In this document: piece after piece, positions 61,758 through 64,000 of the stretch
Position numbering within the stretch: the first letter of the stretch is position 1
How the letters are laid out: every line of letters begins with the position of its first letter
NCBI GenBank assembly: GCA_965218585.1
Contig: CBDCLE010000003.1
Location: 64,001-128,000 of the forward strand
Reading direction: 5' to 3'
From: Terriglobia bacterium
GTDB taxonomy: Bacteria; Acidobacteriota; Terriglobia; 20CM-2-55-15
DNA length: 64,000 nt
Translations under genes and position numbers: made by a program
Notes under the pieces: generated by a model
Databases searched by the model: none
What the model saw: only the letters and a program-made list of their open reading frames with translations
Told to the model about the DNA's origin: nothing

Positions 61758-63458
61758 TCAGCGTGCCATTCTCGATCGATTATCGTCCTGTTTCTTCAGT
61801 TGCGATTTGAGCTTGTACATGCGTCGATCTGCCACAGCAGTAACATCGGTCAGCGTGCTACCGTCTTCCGGTGCCGAGGCAACACCACAGCTGACTCCGA
61901 AGCCCAGTTCACGATACGTTTCAAAGCTAGCATCCCCATCGACCAACCGCTGAAACTCCCCTGCGGATGGAAACACGGATCTTAGGTGAGAGGCTAGGCG
62001 CACCAGAACGTCATCGCCGGCCTGATGTCCGAACGTATCGTTGACAGCCTTGAAGGAGTCCAGGTCCAACAACACAATTGAGAAAGATTCCTCCGAGGAA
62101 TCCTTAAACGACCTCTCCAGCGCTCGCCGATTCGCCAGTCCCGTCAGTCGATCAGAAATCGCATCCTGATGTGCGACTTCGATCATACGGGCCTTGTGAA
62201 GACTGCCCGCGATTCGGTCGGCCGTCGCCGTGGCATAGCGAACCTCATCATCGCCGAATTCGGCATCGCGATATAGCGACAGGACTGCCAGTACCCGCCC
62301 GTCGAACATCACAGGAGCGGCCACGACTTTCAATCCTTCGAATCGCCCGGAATCCACAGCAAGGTTCACGCAGGGGCTCTGTTCAGCAGCGACCCAACCG
62401 GCGACTCCTGCTCCGAAGGGGAGTACGCCATGGGGTTCTTCGTTCCTGGAATACGAAACCAATTGGTCGCTGTTGACCGACCAGAGAACCACCGTACTCG
62501 ATTCAACATGTTCTTCAAGCATGCCGGCGACTACGGAAGCAATGTCTTCAACAGAGGACAATCCGCTGATTGCTTCGGAAAGCGTATCCAGGAAATGTAC
62601 TTCCGACGCAGCCTTTTCTATGTCGGAATAGGCGCTCGGTCTGTATTCTTCCGGCCTCCCCTCCGAACCCTCGGTGACATCAAGATAGACGTGTTTCCAA
62701 TGAGCCACGATGTCTGGATCAAAAAGGGTACCGGATCCCTTTTCGAGCATCGTCATGGCTTGTTCTGCCGTCACCGACAGGTTCCCATGACGAGACATGA
62801 AGCTTTCGTAGGAATCAACGATCGCGATCACCCGGGCTGCGATGGGAATTGAGGTGCCTCGGAGTCCTTCCGGGTAACCCGAGCCACCGTATCGTTCGTG
62901 ATGGTACCGAACCGCGTCTGATCCCGGATATGAAAACTTGATGTTGGATATGATCTCTCCCCCGATTTCGGGATGGAGGCGCATCTTAGTCATTTCCTCA
63001 GGTGTCAGAGATCCTCTCTTCCTGAGGATGTAGTCCGGTACGGCCAGTTTTCCAATGTTGTGCAGGAGGGCGGCGGCGGCAATCCCATCCACTTCATCAT
63101 CTTCAAGATTCATTTCACGGACCAGTGCTCTCGCGTAGGCCTGAACTCGAACAACGTGGCCCTGGTTCTGATCCTTGGCATCGATGGCCAGGACGAGCGT
63201 TTCCAAGGTTGATTCGTGTAGCTCGGCCATGACTTCGGCATGCCGCTTCTTGCTTTCAAGCTGTTCGGTATAGGCTCGGTGAGCCCGGAAGTTCATGTAG
63301 AGAAGAGGCAGCAAGGGAACCAACGCACCCAAGGCTGCGTAGGCCAACGTGACATCGTAGACGAGTGCGCCTACACCCACGGGGAATCCCATCGCCACGC
63401 AGAGCAGAACCACTGACCGGAGCAGGGACAGGCTGGTATATGAGGAGTCTTTTCTCAA
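61758..63458 (-). CDS. Membrane HD-GYP/GAF/GGDEF protein with degenerate catalytic sites
   Basis: LHNIGK (HD to HN), HHERYGGSGYP; DRLTGLANRR and DLDSFKAVNDTFGH..GD present, but the GGDEF segment is missing. Confidence 0.85.
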   Translation of the reverse strand: MRKDSSYTSLSLLRSVVLLCVAMGFPVGVGALVYDVTLAYAALGALVPLLPLLYMNFRAHRAYTEQLESKKRHAEVMAELHESTLETLVLAIDAKDQNQGHVVRVQAYARALVREMNLEDDEVDGIAAAALLHNIGKLAVPDYILRKRGSLTPEEMTKMRLHPEIGGEIISNIKFSYPGSDAVRYHHERYGGSGYPEGLRGTSIPIAARVIAIVDSYESFMSRHGNLSVTAEQAMTMLEKGSGTLFDPDIVAHWKHVYLDVTEGSEGRPEEYRPSAYSDIEKAASEVHFLDTLSEAISGLSSVEDIASVVAGMLEEHVESSTVVLWSVNSDQLVSYSRNEEPHGVLPFGAGVAGWVAAEQSPCVNLAVDSGRFEGLKVVAAPVMFDGRVLAVLSLYRDAEFGDDEVRYATATADRIAGSLHKARMIEVAHQDAISDRLTGLANRRALERSFKDSSEESFSIVLLDLDSFKAVNDTFGHQAGDDVLVRLASHLRSVFPSAGEFQRLVDGDASFETYRELGFGVSCGVASAPEDGSTLTDVTAVADRRMYKLKSQLKKQDDNRSRMAR

Positions 63459-63484
63459 GGCGGACTAGTCTCCCATCATTTAAC

Positions 63485-63511
63485 TTATCGGCCGGAGACA
63501 CATCATCCTTA
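63485..63511 (-). promoter_or_regulatory. sigma28-type promoter of the HD-GYP/GGDEF gene
   Basis: TAAG-N15-GCCGATAA; the first T coincides with the IS110 core. Confidence 0.75.
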
Positions 63512-64000
63512 ATACGCTATAAGGAAGGACGCCCCTTTGTCGGCTGTTGCCAGGAGGAAAATCTCCCGACAACAACCCATTCAACGTAGCTGCGTTGAAT
63601 TCAAAGACAAAGGAGCACGTAAATGAAACAGGCCAAGTATATCGGCATGGATGTGCACCAGGCAACGACGGTGGTGATGGTCTTAAACGCAGACGGCAAA
63701 CTGGTCTGGGAAAAGATCGTAGAGACCCAGGCCGGGCCAATCATTGATTTGCTGGAGAGTCTGAGTGGTGAGCTGCACGTGACGTTTGAAGAAACCACGC
63801 AGGCCGAATGGCTCTACAACGTGGTCCGGGGATATGTGAGCGAAGTGATCGTGTGTGATCCCAGACGGAACAAACTGCTCAGTGACGGGTCCAAGACCGA
63901 CCGGGTGGATGCCCTGAAACTGGCCGAGCTGCTCCGGGCCGGATGGCTGCGGTCGGTCTACCACGGGCACGATGCGACGCGGACGTTGAAAGAACTGGTC
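63511..64000 (+). mobile_element. IS110-family element, copy 2 (partial, inverted relative to copy 1)
   Basis: Appears identical by eye to the reverse complement of 7720-8209. Confidence 0.93.
63623..64000 (+). CDS. IS110 recombinase, copy 2 (5' part)
   Basis: MKQAKYIGMDVHQ..., ATG 112 bp from the left end as in copy 1. Confidence 0.93.
   Translation, partial: MKQAKYIGMDVHQATTVVMVLNADGKLVWEKIVETQAGPIIDLLESLSGELHVTFEETTQAEWLYNVVRGYVSEVIVCDPRRNKLLSDGSKTDRVDALKLAELLRAGWLRSVYHGHDATRTLKELV

Noticed and set aside
63459-63479. Upstream in-frame ATG with TAG as another nonsense lesion
   Set aside because: The ATG coincides with the predicted sigma28 start site, and GGGAG could serve as RBS for the TTG start; cannot be resolved from sequence.
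6649-64000. Composite transposon or genomic island bounded by the IS110 copies
   Set aside because: The enclosed DNA carries core genes (pckA, fabI, pyrE, pgi), and the flanks are better explained by two insertions followed by inversion.

Overview
GC-rich bacterial chromosomal window. Protein style (RGRG-rich secreted proteins, DUF1800/DUF1501, DUF5916, Na+-coupled transporters) suggests an Acidobacteriota-like, possibly marine organism; this is inference. It holds about 55 genes: housekeeping (pgi-like, trxA, nhaA, msrB, crcB, pyrE, pckA, fabI, M16 peptidase pair, MscS), c-di-GMP signalling (two HD-GYP, two PAS-GGDEF), and a DUF1538/PII/PII/cNMP-antiporter/AgcS cluster. Mobile DNA: one complete IS701 (17-bp IRs, TAGTA duplication) and two inverted copies of an IS110/IS1111-type element. 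Most notable: (1) an unannotated ~210-nt candidate sRNA with a sigma54-type promoter, nine GGA motifs (five in hairpin loops) and a terminator, i.e. CsrB/RsmZ-like; (2) the IS110 3' non-coding end carries a 9-nt segment complementary to its own insertion flank (bridge/seekRNA guide candidate); (3) the flanks of the two IS110 copies imply a ~55-kb inversion that separated back-to-back sigma28 promoters and split a TonB-dependent receptor; (4) many in-frame stops and frameshifts, reflecting genome erosion or assembly error. All calls come from reading motifs by eye; no database searches were run.
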